Origin: a virus
Taxonomy: Duplodnaviria > Heunggongvirae > Uroviricota > Caudoviricetes
Length of the DNA stretch: 64,000 nucleotides
Strand: one strand, 5' to 3'
IMG/VR virus record: IMGVR_UViG_3300037512_000782
Coordinates: 1 to 64,000 of that record
The notes under the pieces were generated by a model. The model worked only from the letters and a program-made list of their open reading frames with translations, was not told the DNA's origin and made no database searches. A program made the translations under genes and the position numbers. This document shows positions 27,526-37,574 of this stretch, piece after piece (within the stretch, counting starts at the first letter, position 1; each line of letters opens with the position of its first letter).

Positions 27526-29451
27526 CTATGACAAGGCAGCCGCGTACATTCTCCGATAGTAAGTCGCAAGAGGTTCATTCGGATAACGTACAGTAAACTT
27601 GTACCCAGCGATCTTTTCCGTGCGAGTCTTGTCGAAGTCGTCCGGAATTGCATAGGTAGGCTTAACCGATTCCGGCAAGTCTGGGTTATCGACGGTCGGT
27701 AAACCAGTAGGATTCTTGACAAAGTCTGGCTGACGACCGACGTAATCGGCGGAACGAGCGCTAGTCGTATTGCTGCTGAAGTCGGAACCCGGCCTTTCGA
27801 TTTCGCCGATGTTGTCGTTCATGTGGGACACGTAATTCTTGCTGACGGCGTACTTGTTTCCAAAGCGCACCAGCTGGTACATCTTCTCGACATAGTACGA
27901 ATCCTTCTTGCTGCCAGCGACCATGCTGTCGGAAATGCTCATAAGGATGTTCTCGTCGCGTTCGGTAATCTTCTTCGTACCGACGTTGACGGAGTTTTCC
28001 GTTTCCGGAGAATAGGCGAAGTTGACCGCGTCGGAGAACGAGCTCGGCTCTTGGTTATCATCGGTCGGCATCATGTCCTTCATGCTGATCGGACGCGACA
28101 GTTCGTATTCCTCGGCCTCTTCCTCGTCTGGGCTGGTATTGTCGTCCTTGTTCTTGGACTTACGGAACCAAGACATGAGCAAGTCCCACGGAGACTCGTT
28201 ATAGAGCTGGCGAAGGACGCTTTCACGCGGAGTCATTCCGTCAAGGTCAACGGCGATACAGCAAGTGTAGATGTCAGCTTCCATAGCGCGACGCCAATAC
28301 TTGTCGTCAAGACGCAAGTCCTTGTACAACTGCTTCGTCTTGTTCTTGATCTTTTCGGACAACGCTGGGCAAGCGACTTCGAGGCACTTTATCCATCCAC
28401 GGTAAGTGTTGATCATATCAATAACGGACATGCCCAAGAATTCCTTGCCATTGTCGTATTCCTTGGAATAAACAAACAAGCACTCGAACGGGCCAAGTCC
28501 TTCGATAAATCCAGTCACGTTCATCTTTGAACGGAGCATGGACACATACTTCTTCAACAGCCAGCGGAACGGCTTGATGAGCAAGTTGAACACATAGACA
28601 ATCCAAGACTCGATGTAGTTGAAGGCCAAGTCGATGTACCGACGGACATACTTTGTAAGCAAGTTGTCGATGGCAAGGCTCAACCCAACCGGGGTCATCA
28701 ATGAGAACTTCTGTTCAAGGCAATACTTCACGGCGGCAGCGTTCGTGGTAATGTCACGACCGTTCTCGTCTTCGGTACATCCAGTCAAGTTGGCAATGAT
28801 CTTGCAGATGCAAGGGCAGTTGTGCATGTGCCTCAGCAAGTCATCCCAGTTGATAGAAATAGAAAAGTTAATCGTATCCATTATCTTGTCGCGCATGGCA
28901 TTGAATACGTCAAGTATGCAGTGCCTTACGGCTTCGGTAATGGACAAATAGGCATCTTCCAAGCGAGTACGAGCAGCGTCAATCTTATTGAAAAGGGCAA
29001 ATGCAGTCTTGATGAAAACGTCCAGCCAGCCATCGATCATTCCTCCCCAGTTCTCGATGAAGCTGCAGATGTTCTTCATGAAATCCGGTTCCTGAATGAG
29101 CTTGCTGATGTACGCGCCGCTGGTCACGCCGTTCATGGCGTTCTTGATCTTGTCGAGACCACCCATGGCCGTACCAAACAAGGGCACGTTTTCCTTGATA
29201 AAGTCAAACAGCATGTCGGAGCAGTCGACGGCGTTCAGCTTGCGAGTGCCGACGTCAATAGCCGAAGCAACTTCCTCAACCGCGCCAGTAAATTTATTGA
29301 CGGCGCTGTCAATAGTTGTCATGAACGACGGCTTCGGAGTCGACTGGGTAGACGAGTTAGTAGGGGTCTTGTCGGCTACGACCGCACCATTGTCGGTGCC
29401 GCCTGGAGCAGCAATATTCTCAAGTTTCGCGCAACCGTCCTTAACCGCCAT
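27526..29451 (-). CDS. large helical Cys-rich hypothetical protein downstream of the gp5-like gene
   Basis: ATG at 29451 overlaps the gp5-like stop; baseplate operon. Confidence 0.8.
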   Translation of the reverse strand: MAVKDGCAKLENIAAPGGTDNGAVVADKTPTNSSTQSTPKPSFMTTIDSAVNKFTGAVEEVASAIDVGTRKLNAVDCSDMLFDFIKENVPLFGTAMGGLDKIKNAMNGVTSGAYISKLIQEPDFMKNICSFIENWGGMIDGWLDVFIKTAFALFNKIDAARTRLEDAYLSITEAVRHCILDVFNAMRDKIMDTINFSISINWDDLLRHMHNCPCICKIIANLTGCTEDENGRDITTNAAAVKYCLEQKFSLMTPVGLSLAIDNLLTKYVRRYIDLAFNYIESWIVYVFNLLIKPFRWLLKKYVSMLRSKMNVTGFIEGLGPFECLFVYSKEYDNGKEFLGMSVIDMINTYRGWIKCLEVACPALSEKIKNKTKQLYKDLRLDDKYWRRAMEADIYTCCIAVDLDGMTPRESVLRQLYNESPWDLLMSWFRKSKNKDDNTSPDEEEAEEYELSRPISMKDMMPTDDNQEPSSFSDAVNFAYSPETENSVNVGTKKITERDENILMSISDSMVAGSKKDSYYVEKMYQLVRFGNKYAVSKNYVSHMNDNIGEIERPGSDFSSNTTSARSADYVGRQPDFVKNPTGLPTVDNPDLPESVKPTYAIPDDFDKTRTEKIAGYKFTVRYPNEPLATYYRRMYAAALS

Positions 29452-30673
29452 TGTAGTCGTCTCCGTCAAATGTAGGCATCAAGGCAGTCGGCTTCGGAAT
29501 GTCAAAGTCATTCGGCGATACCACCGGAATGTCGTCATTCTTGGCCTTAGCCCTAATATGCGTAACAAGTTTATCCAGTATTCCAGTCTGGTAAGGTGTC
29601 AAGCTGTCCGTCGCAGAACCGATGCACATGATGATGACCGAGTCGACGTTCGCCTTGTCACCATTGATAGTGGAACCGCTGTACACGCCACCATCATCCT
29701 CGATGTCGATGAACTGCACGAAACCGCTGTTCTTGAGAGAATCCTTGTCGTTGTTATCATCGGAAAGAACTTCTGGCTGGCCAGCAACCTTACCGACAAG
29801 GTAATGTGCCGTGCTTGAGCTTTCCATGAACTTCTTGGCCATGATCGGGAAGCACTCGCCTTCGGAATGGCAAACGAGGATACGCTTGATTTCCTTGCCG
29901 TTGCGTTTGATCATCTGGTCAGTACGTTCCATCGGAACCGTATCAACGACTTCGCCAGACTTGTTGATAATGTCAATCTTAGGAATGTCAGCTTCAGTCT
30001 GCGGCTGCTGCGGAGAATTGCCAGTTTCAGTCGGCTGGCCTTGTCCGTTGAAGGCGTCAATCGTCGCTTGAGATATGTGAGATATCGTAAGATACTCGCT
30101 ACCTTGCCCAATGCCGCTGTTTGCACGGTTATGGCCTACTGGCATACAAGTGAAGATGTCGATAGTGCCTTCGGTCAATACATGCTGCAGATTCTCGCCA
30201 GTTCCTTCCTTCGCGCCCATACCAGCTTGCGCATGCGCGGTTCCAGACTCGTAAGTGACAAAGCCAGACGCATCCCAAGTGAAAGTCGAGTTGTTTCCAG
30301 GATTCACTATGTCGGTGATGTGCGTCTGTCGATTATGCGTATAAAAGAAACCGTCTTCGCCGAGGTTGGCCACGGCAACGTCTGGATAATATTCGGTGAA
30401 CGCGGCTGGAGCCACGTCTTGTGTCTGCGACATTCCATAGTAATACCCAGAGTTCACGTCGCCATGCATGAAACGGATCCGCAGATAATAGCCCACTTGA
30501 GGAACTTGCTGAATACCAGTGGTAATCGCCGGATATACGTATGGCTGCTCATCGTCTTCGTATTCTTCGGTAACGCCAAGAATCTTGCAACGCACCGCGC
30601 CACGATGGTTGATGTCGTTGCTTCCGCCGACAACCAATCCGATATAGTCTTTATCTGGCAGCTGATTAAACAT
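29441..30673 (-). CDS. baseplate spike protein (gp5-like OB domain) fused to an Amidase_2/PGRP-like domain
   Basis: N-terminal YIGLVV..D..HRGAVRCKILG..VPQVG...RF.HGD; C-terminal IKRILVCHS..STAHYLV..FVQF..NVDSVII..LTPYQ. Confidence 0.7.
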   Translation of the reverse strand: MFNQLPDKDYIGLVVGGSNDINHRGAVRCKILGVTEEYEDDEQPYVYPAITTGIQQVPQVGYYLRIRFMHGDVNSGYYYGMSQTQDVAPAAFTEYYPDVAVANLGEDGFFYTHNRQTHITDIVNPGNNSTFTWDASGFVTYESGTAHAQAGMGAKEGTGENLQHVLTEGTIDIFTCMPVGHNRANSGIGQGSEYLTISHISQATIDAFNGQGQPTETGNSPQQPQTEADIPKIDIINKSGEVVDTVPMERTDQMIKRNGKEIKRILVCHSEGECFPIMAKKFMESSSTAHYLVGKVAGQPEVLSDDNNDKDSLKNSGFVQFIDIEDDGGVYSGSTINGDKANVDSVIIMCIGSATDSLTPYQTGILDKLVTHIRAKAKNDDIPVVSPNDFDIPKPTALMPTFDGDDYNGG

Positions 30674-31995
30674 TACTTCTTCTCCGATTCAACGTTGCAT
30701 GCCTTGGCGATATTTTCAAGCTTCTCGCTAGTAGGCTTGTAGCCTTCAATACCAATGGACTTCGAGCCGAGCAGCAATATTGTCATGTAGTCCGCAGACT
30801 GGTTCGGAATCTCGTTACCGAGGGCACCAGCTTGCGTCGTACCTTCCTTGCGGATTTTCTTCGCAAGCACGATGTACTCGTCGGTATAGTTCATGTCTGG
30901 GCCGCCGTTGTTATCGAGCTTCAATGCACGGACACACACGGTACTACCGACGGCTGGGCCGATGGCGTTGTAGACACCGATAATCATTATCTTGCTGTAT
31001 TCGGCATAGATACGGTCACGGATCATCTTGGCGACCGGATAGGACTTGTGCGTATTCAATGGGAAATAGTCGACGACCATCATCTCACCGAACACGGCGT
31101 TCTTGTCATCGACGCCATATTCCTTACGAGCAGCCGCGCTGTTCTTCGCACCATAGCTAGTCACAACATTGTCAAAGCATTCGCCGCCGCACTTGGATAC
31201 ATCGGCCTTGCCTTCGGACGTGATATTCGAGAACACCACGTTTGGGAAGATTTCCTCGATGCGTTCACCCTTCTTGTTAGAGCGTTCCTCATAGCCATAA
31301 AGCCACAGACGGCTTCCAGTATTCGGATCGGAATACTGTACGCTGTTAGTAGATGCCAAGGCGTCTTGAGAATAAATAAGCGCTTGCGGCTTGCTGTTCT
31401 TCGAAGACACGCCCAGCGACGAGAATACAATCTTCTGCGAAGCCTCGTCATAAGTCCAGAACAAATAGTCACCATTGAGCGCCGAATGCTCGACGGTATG
31501 AACCAGCATATCTTCGAGGTTCGCGTTAGTGTATCGCCAAGTCATCGTATCGGTCAATCCAGACGCATTCGCCATCACCAAGTTGGAATAAGGAATCTGC
31601 TTGTCATACGATTTCAGCACATCTATCATGGCATCAAGGCTGGTGCCAGTAATCGCCATCGTCTTGCGCTTGAGCGTTTCCTCGGTCGCGCACACCCACG
31701 TAACGGACAGCTTGGTAGTAACTTCGTTGATAGTAATCTGTGTAGCGTTCAGTACATAGAACGAGAAACCCTTTCCATCGATTTCCGGGATGCCAGTATT
31801 GAGGAACATGAAGTGTCCGTAGCAACCGCTATCGACCTTGTAATTTAAGTCGTCGGTAATCATGACCGAGAAGTTTCCTCTCGGCATGCCGTTCATCGGT
31901 ATCGCCATTTCCATCGAATGGACTGTCGATGCGTCAAACGCTCGATCCTTAATGGTCAATGCAATACTAAAACTTGGGCCGACGCGATTAGCCAT
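30673..31995 (-). CDS. baseplate hub protein (gp27-like, inferred)
   Basis: Position between the gp53-like and gp5-like genes; size; beta-rich. Confidence 0.5.
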   Translation of the reverse strand: MANRVGPSFSIALTIKDRAFDASTVHSMEMAIPMNGMPRGNFSVMITDDLNYKVDSGCYGHFMFLNTGIPEIDGKGFSFYVLNATQITINEVTTKLSVTWVCATEETLKRKTMAITGTSLDAMIDVLKSYDKQIPYSNLVMANASGLTDTMTWRYTNANLEDMLVHTVEHSALNGDYLFWTYDEASQKIVFSSLGVSSKNSKPQALIYSQDALASTNSVQYSDPNTGSRLWLYGYEERSNKKGERIEEIFPNVVFSNITSEGKADVSKCGGECFDNVVTSYGAKNSAAARKEYGVDDKNAVFGEMMVVDYFPLNTHKSYPVAKMIRDRIYAEYSKIMIIGVYNAIGPAVGSTVCVRALKLDNNGGPDMNYTDEYIVLAKKIRKEGTTQAGALGNEIPNQSADYMTILLLGSKSIGIEGYKPTSEKLENIAKACNVESEKK

Positions 31996-32429
31996 TATTC
32001 ATCCTCTTTAAGCTCATTATACTTTCCGTACCAGTCAACGACGCTGTCCGGAGAAGGAAGCACATAGTTTCGGTCGCCAACGGCTTCCGTGATGACTCCG
32101 CTGAACGGCTCGCTATAGCCCATCCAGTCGTTGTCACCGAGCACGACGGCTTCCTTCGCCTTCTTGAATTCCTCTTCCAGCTCGTAGTCGCTATACCCCT
32201 TCAAAATTAGTTCATTACGGATGCTTTCATCGACTGGGCGGATAGTGCCCCTCAAGGCCATCGGATTGCGTATCTGGTTGGCTGCGGCGAACGCCTTGTA
32301 CATCGTCGGTGTTCCGTACAGATCGCCGATCACTCGGTCGAGACGGCCATTCTTCACCATAGGCACGTTGAACATGCCAGCATAGGTGAATTTATCGTCC
32401 CTTATTCTAGGAAACTGTTCCTTGGCCAT
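31995..32429 (-). CDS. baseplate wedge protein (gp53/LysM-like)
   Basis: GRLDRVIGDLYGTPTMYKAFAAANQIRNP. Confidence 0.7.
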   Translation of the reverse strand: MAKEQFPRIRDDKFTYAGMFNVPMVKNGRLDRVIGDLYGTPTMYKAFAAANQIRNPMALRGTIRPVDESIRNELILKGYSDYELEEEFKKAKEAVVLGDNDWMGYSEPFSGVITEAVGDRNYVLPSPDSVVDWYGKYNELKEDE

Positions 32430-32436
32430 ATCCTAC

Positions 32437-33648
32437 CTACCTTTTCTTGTTCTTCGACGGATTGTTGTTCTTGCTGATACCACCGTCGTTCTTGTTCTTA
32501 CCAGACTTTCCATTCTTGCTCGGATACTTGATGAACTGGCTGAACACCTCGTTACCAAGAATAGAGATAAAGTCCTTGGTCGGGCCCGGCTGCATCCAGT
32601 AGGACACTTGAACCTCGGCGTTGATGAATACTGGCAAGTGAGTTCCATCCGGAGAGATGAACTGTTCGTTGCTGGCTTGAATCCTAACGCTGTTAATCAC
32701 CATCGGCTCGAAGTCGAGGTAGTGACCGATGCTCACGCGCACCGGAAGCGGGTTAGCAGTAATCTCGCCGCCGAAGAAAGTATTTAAGTTGTTATAAATG
32801 TCGACGCCGCTACCAAGCACCTTGTTGATGACATCCTTGACGCTACCAGTTTCAGCCTTGCCGCTATTGGACGAAGACGAGTTGCCTTCCTTGTATGACG
32901 AATCGCCGCTGGAATAATATCCAGACGTTACGTCGTCAATCATCTTCTTTGCGCCGTCCACCAGCTCGCTACCAGCATTTACCAAGCCGTTGATCATTTC
33001 ATTCACGATGGCTTCGCCTTGCATATCCATCGGACGAACGTAGGTCATCATCACGAGTCGCTTCAAAGACTGACGGCACATATCCTCTTGTTCCGGCAAG
33101 TACCAGCGGAACTTCAACGGAAGCGTGGCGTCGATCTGGGCACCAGTGAACTTCTTGATAGTCATGCTACCAGTGCAGTTGTTGTTGACGCCAGACAGTT
33201 CCATACCAACTTGGGCGACACTTTCGATACCGCCGAGAACACTGTTGGTCGTGCGAGAAATCGCCGAACCGATGCCAGGAATAGCACCGAGCAATCCAGC
33301 GTTTCCACCGCCACCAGTAAGAATCGTATTCATTCGAGCGAAGCCGCTCTTATTGCCACCCGGCTCGTTCCAGTTGGCCTTCACGCTGAACGAAGGGCCA
33401 TTTCCAGTATCCGCGTTGAGGATACCGTAAAACGGTTCGTACATGTCGTAACCGCTTTCGAGTGAGATGGCGTCAAGCATGGTCTCGCGGAACGTATCGA
33501 GAGACTTCTGAAAGCCTCCCATGTATGCGCGGCGAGCCTCGCCGTCCAAGACTTCGATACGGCACACGTTCGGCTTAGGAAGACGCTTACTCATCTTCCC
33601 AGTAGTATGACCTATTCGCTGTACATATTTCTCATAACCAGTGGCCAT
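32437..33648 (-). CDS. baseplate/tube cap protein (gp48-like)
   Basis: LKFRWYLP, PLPVRVSIG..PMVINSV..LPVFINAEVQV tube-initiator pattern; follows the tape-measure-like gene. Confidence 0.5.
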   Translation of the reverse strand: MATGYEKYVQRIGHTTGKMSKRLPKPNVCRIEVLDGEARRAYMGGFQKSLDTFRETMLDAISLESGYDMYEPFYGILNADTGNGPSFSVKANWNEPGGNKSGFARMNTILTGGGGNAGLLGAIPGIGSAISRTTNSVLGGIESVAQVGMELSGVNNNCTGSMTIKKFTGAQIDATLPLKFRWYLPEQEDMCRQSLKRLVMMTYVRPMDMQGEAIVNEMINGLVNAGSELVDGAKKMIDDVTSGYYSSGDSSYKEGNSSSSNSGKAETGSVKDVINKVLGSGVDIYNNLNTFFGGEITANPLPVRVSIGHYLDFEPMVINSVRIQASNEQFISPDGTHLPVFINAEVQVSYWMQPGPTKDFISILGNEVFSQFIKYPSKNGKSGKNKNDGGISKNNNPSKNKKR

Positions 33649-33651
33649 CTA

Positions 33652-35571
33652 TTAACCCCCAAACAGTTTACCGTTCATAGCCTCGGCAGCTTCCTTGGCG
33701 TTCCTTGCGTTAGCCTCTTGCACTTCCGGACTCAACGTGGCTTCCTTCATGCCTTCCTTTACGCCTTCCTTGATAGCGTTCAAGCGATCGGCTTCGGACA
33801 TCGGCTTGTCGTCCGGAAGGTTCGGAACAACAGTCGCCGTAGGAGACTTGCTATTTTCCATAGATCCAGCGGCCTTCGGAACATAGAGAGCAGCAGCGTG
33901 ACCGAAGCCACCAGCAGCACCGCTGACCGTCTTCACGCCAGCGGCATCGTAACCAAGACCCCTATTATAAGCATCAGCAACGCGGCGAGTAGTCTCGGTC
34001 TCGTTACCGACAAAGTTCTGGACGTTGGCCATCAGACCAGTACCGATACTGATGTCGTTGGCGTCGCGTCCCTTCATAAATCCAGAGCCAGCGCCCTTCA
34101 AGACACCGCCGATTCCCTTACCAGACTGGGCAGCCGCAACGGCTCCACCAACCGAGTTCACGATTTCTGGAATGAGGAGAGTATCGGCGAGCGTATCGAC
34201 AAGGCCAGCACCCACAGTAGACATCACATCAGTAACGCCGCCACCACCCTTAACTACCTTGTACGTATTAACCGCAGTATCGGCAATACCAGCAGCTGCT
34301 TGGATCAATGGGAACTTCTTCGCGAGCTTCGCGCCAGTCTTGGCCGCGCTTACGGCAGCCTTAACTACTCCAGAGTTGGCCACCGCCTTCGCGGCTACCT
34401 TGGCACCAGAAGCGACGGCCTTACCAGCGCTCTTGATAGCAGAACCAGCCGCATTCGCAGCGCCAGAAATCTTGCTACCAATACTCGTGGCCATCGACTT
34501 GAAGAAACCGCCAACCTTGCGAGCAGTATCGGCTACCTTACCAGCAGCCTTACCGACAGCGCTTTCCTTGATACTCTTCATCCAGTTGCTCAACATGCTC
34601 GTAAAAGACGACTTCAATTCACCAATCTTCGACACGCCGTCAGTAAACGTGGACTTCAGCTTCGACCCAAGTTCACTAACCTTCTGAATACCGCCAGAAA
34701 CCGCATTCTTCAACTTTGTACCAAGTTCGCCAACCGTCTTACCGATCTTACTATTACGCAGCTTGTCCCAACCAGCCTTAATGCCGCTGGCGAAGGACTT
34801 GCCGACAGTCTTCCACATTTCGGCGAACTTACTCAAATAACCATAAGCAAAACCAACAGCACCACCAGCGAGGGCGGCAAGGAACTCAGACAAACTTGTA
34901 GCGCTGTCACCGCCGTTATTCGTGGAGCTGTTCTTTCCTTCGAGATACATGTCGAGCGCACGGCTCAACTTAGGCATGACTGGACGAGCCGCCTCCTTGT
35001 AGAGACGGTCTTCTTCTGCAGCTTGCGCCTTCTTGTTAGATTCTTCGTAGTTCTCCTTCTCGACCGGGACTGGAGAAGTCATGGCCTCTTGATAGCCTTG
35101 GCTTGAGTCTACTGGAGACGGCGTAGGAGTTTGTGCGGAAACGGAATTATTCGCAACCGCGAAATTCTTGAACGCGCTACCGACCGTACCAGTGTTCATC
35201 GGAGTCGAAGAAGTCAGCGTCATTTCGTTCGACGAGGCGGTAGCTTGTGAAGCGAGCGAACTGCCCACCATCGGGGAACCTTGCTGCGTACTCATCATCG
35301 ACAGCGACTGGCTCATAGAAGCGAACAGTTCAGTGAGCTTGTCTTGGTTTTGACGCATGGCATCGATATTGTCGGAAACCTTGGACATAGGATCGGTTTC
35401 CTGTCCTTCGCCGACAACCTTGACATGCTGCGCAAGCATTGCCTCGTGTTCGGCCTTCGCCGCCTCGATGGCATCACGTGCGGCCAAGGCGCTCATGACG
35501 CCTTCAGACACCCCTTGCTTCAAGAGGTTTTCAAAGCTCTGCGTCGATACATTTGATAATGTCTTAGCCAT
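33652..35571 (-). CDS. tape-measure-like protein (gp29-like)
   Basis: Long Ala/Gly/Lys/Ser-rich amphipathic helical repeats; heads the baseplate operon; ATAAACT at 35599. Confidence 0.6.
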   Translation of the reverse strand: MAKTLSNVSTQSFENLLKQGVSEGVMSALAARDAIEAAKAEHEAMLAQHVKVVGEGQETDPMSKVSDNIDAMRQNQDKLTELFASMSQSLSMMSTQQGSPMVGSSLASQATASSNEMTLTSSTPMNTGTVGSAFKNFAVANNSVSAQTPTPSPVDSSQGYQEAMTSPVPVEKENYEESNKKAQAAEEDRLYKEAARPVMPKLSRALDMYLEGKNSSTNNGGDSATSLSEFLAALAGGAVGFAYGYLSKFAEMWKTVGKSFASGIKAGWDKLRNSKIGKTVGELGTKLKNAVSGGIQKVSELGSKLKSTFTDGVSKIGELKSSFTSMLSNWMKSIKESAVGKAAGKVADTARKVGGFFKSMATSIGSKISGAANAAGSAIKSAGKAVASGAKVAAKAVANSGVVKAAVSAAKTGAKLAKKFPLIQAAAGIADTAVNTYKVVKGGGGVTDVMSTVGAGLVDTLADTLLIPEIVNSVGGAVAAAQSGKGIGGVLKGAGSGFMKGRDANDISIGTGLMANVQNFVGNETETTRRVADAYNRGLGYDAAGVKTVSGAAGGFGHAAALYVPKAAGSMENSKSPTATVVPNLPDDKPMSEADRLNAIKEGVKEGMKEATLSPEVQEANARNAKEAAEAMNGKLFGG

Positions 35572-35621
35572 GGAACCACGATATGATTAACTATTGCTAG
35601 TTTATCAATTCATAGGCACAG

Positions 35622-35647
35622 AAAAAGCCGGATTTCTCCGGCTTTTC
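35622..35647 (-). terminator. intrinsic terminator
   Basis: AAAAAGCCGGA TTTC TCCGGCTTTT. Confidence 0.75.
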
Positions 35648-35823
35648 TACATCATGGGCATGGAACTCAGTTCCGTTTCCGTTTCGTCGTCATCCACGTG
35701 GTTCAAGGCGTTGTACTTCTCGATGCAGTAGTTGAGCAGTTCCTTGAATTCCGGGAAGAACATCTGGTCGCAATCGTGACAGCTGTTGTGCGTCATGTCT
35801 GACACGATGCACTTACAGCGCAT
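35647..35823 (-). CDS. small ORF (58 aa from ATG), possibly the +1 frameshift extension of the gp26-like gene
   Basis: MRCKCIVSDMTHNSCHDCDQMFFPEFKELLNYCIEKY..; its frame stays open upstream across CCC TTT CGT. Confidence 0.65.
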   Translation of the reverse strand: MRCKCIVSDMTHNSCHDCDQMFFPEFKELLNYCIEKYNALNHVDDDETETELSSMPMM

Positions 35824-35836
35824 AAGGTCACGATAA

Positions 35837-37279
35837 TCATAGACCGGAAATATAGACGTCGAGACGAAAGGGATAAGGAATGGTAACCTCCTTCTTACAG
35901 AACGGACAAATTATCTTTGCGGTAATATCCGTCGTAAGCGAGGCTCCGTCGACTTCGTCTAAGAAGTGCTTGGCGGCTGCGTAGCCGAGGTTTCCGAGAT
36001 AGTTGATCTTGTCCACGATGTTGTCGATACCCTGGATTTCCACGATAACGGCAGAGTGGAGAAGGACTTGCATCTCGAACGGCATTTCCTTTCCAGTATC
36101 CTTCAGATACTGGGCCAGCGTCTCGTTGACGATTTCTTCGTGGTAGCGACGGCGGAGATATACGTCACACTGGCGGCCATCAGCAAGATAGAAGGAGTAG
36201 CATCCGTTTGCATGCTTGGCTACGATCTCGCGCAAGTTTCCACGGATCTTGAAGTCCATGTTGTTGAAGAAGACTTGGATCTTCTTGTAGTCCTCTGCAG
36301 TCTGGGCGACCTTGCCGCAATCTGGACACTTGTACGGTTCCCACTTGTCGGTAGGCGGCACGTAAGGAAGCGGGTCTTCGATAGTGGACGCCCTCAACCA
36401 GTGCATCATGTAAGCCTCGTCGCACTGGAGCACGTTGGAGGCGTTGAAGCCGTCATCCCAACCGCCGTTGATGCGACGGTCGAACAAAGTATTGACCGTC
36501 GTCGTGATGTTCTCATTGTCCATGTGGTTCAACATGAGAATATCCATGAAGGTCAAGGACTGGCCCATGAACGGAAGGTCATAGAGCATACCTTCGGACG
36601 GAAGTCCACGAAGGTCACTGAAGTTCGTGACTTCGTTTCGAGGGAACACATGCTGTTGCCGGGGCGGCTCTGCAATTTGTTGACGCGGCAACTCGGCCAT
36701 CACTGGCTTAACAATCTGCGTCGGCTTTTCAGTCTGCTTGGGAGCGACGGTCGGCTTCGGCTGCTGTTTCGGTAGGACGGCGGCATCATCATAACGAACC
36801 TCACGAGGAGGCTGTCTGAAGTTCGGCGTGAAGTTCTGAACTGGCGCTTGAACGGCCTCGTTCTGCGGAATGTCGCTCAGTTCGACCATTTCGGTTTCTG
36901 GAACTTCGTCTTCCGGAGCTTCCATCAATGACTGCATGTAGCTGTCATAGCCCACTTGGTTCATAGCGGCATCGTTGATCGGAGCAGCTTCCTCGACTGG
37001 TTCCTCGACCTCTTGCTGTCTCAGCACGGTCGGAATCGGCTGTGTTGTCTGGACTGGTTGCACTGGAGGTACAGTCTGGATAGGCTGCTTCTTGACAAGA
37101 CGCTGCTGCTTGACCATTCCTTGCTTGGAGGCCATGGTCTGGGCAGCTTCGTGAAGTCGCTTGTTGTTCTCGCGCATAATTTCTGCGGGGTCACGATCAA
37201 TCGCTAGACCGTGATTGTTCGCGATACTCTGCTTTGCGCTCTGAATAAATGCCCTGGTCTGTTCATCATACTGGGGCAT
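35837..37279 (-). CDS. baseplate hub assembly chaperone (gp26/gp51-like) with a long Q/P-rich N-terminus
   Basis: LPSEGMLY, LTFMD, D.AYMMHWLRAST, CPDC..CPFC zinc motifs; start re-called at MPQYDEQ just after the upstream stop. Confidence 0.65.
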   Translation of the reverse strand: MPQYDEQTRAFIQSAKQSIANNHGLAIDRDPAEIMRENNKRLHEAAQTMASKQGMVKQQRLVKKQPIQTVPPVQPVQTTQPIPTVLRQQEVEEPVEEAAPINDAAMNQVGYDSYMQSLMEAPEDEVPETEMVELSDIPQNEAVQAPVQNFTPNFRQPPREVRYDDAAVLPKQQPKPTVAPKQTEKPTQIVKPVMAELPRQQIAEPPRQQHVFPRNEVTNFSDLRGLPSEGMLYDLPFMGQSLTFMDILMLNHMDNENITTTVNTLFDRRINGGWDDGFNASNVLQCDEAYMMHWLRASTIEDPLPYVPPTDKWEPYKCPDCGKVAQTAEDYKKIQVFFNNMDFKIRGNLREIVAKHANGCYSFYLADGRQCDVYLRRRYHEEIVNETLAQYLKDTGKEMPFEMQVLLHSAVIVEIQGIDNIVDKINYLGNLGYAAAKHFLDEVDGASLTTDITAKIICPFCKKEVTIPYPFRLDVYISGL

Positions 37280-37283
37280 GGCG

Positions 37284-37574
37284 TTAGCTGTCTGTACGTA
37301 CGGTTTCTTCGGCATTCTCAACCTCGTCTGGTGGACGATCATCTTCGGCCACTCGGTAAATGTAGCGTGGCCCGTGATACGGTTTATCATTTGAAAGGAC
37401 AAGGTCAACAGTCTCGCCGCCGTTGCTCAAGCACATGCCTTCCGCAATCTTCTCGGCGGTTTCGTATTCGGCGTAGCTAGGACGAATAAAAGAAGGAGCC
37501 TCTACGGAGAGGTCTTCGTAGTTGGCTCCCTTTTTGAAACTGGTGACGTCGTATTTTACGACCCAGAAACTCAT
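37284..37574 (-). CDS. hypothetical protein
   Basis: ATGA overlap with the upstream gene; AAGGA RBS. Confidence 0.7.
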   Translation of the reverse strand: MSFWVVKYDVTSFKKGANYEDLSVEAPSFIRPSYAEYETAEKIAEGMCLSNGGETVDLVLSNDKPYHGPRYIYRVAEDDRPPDEVENAEETVRTDS

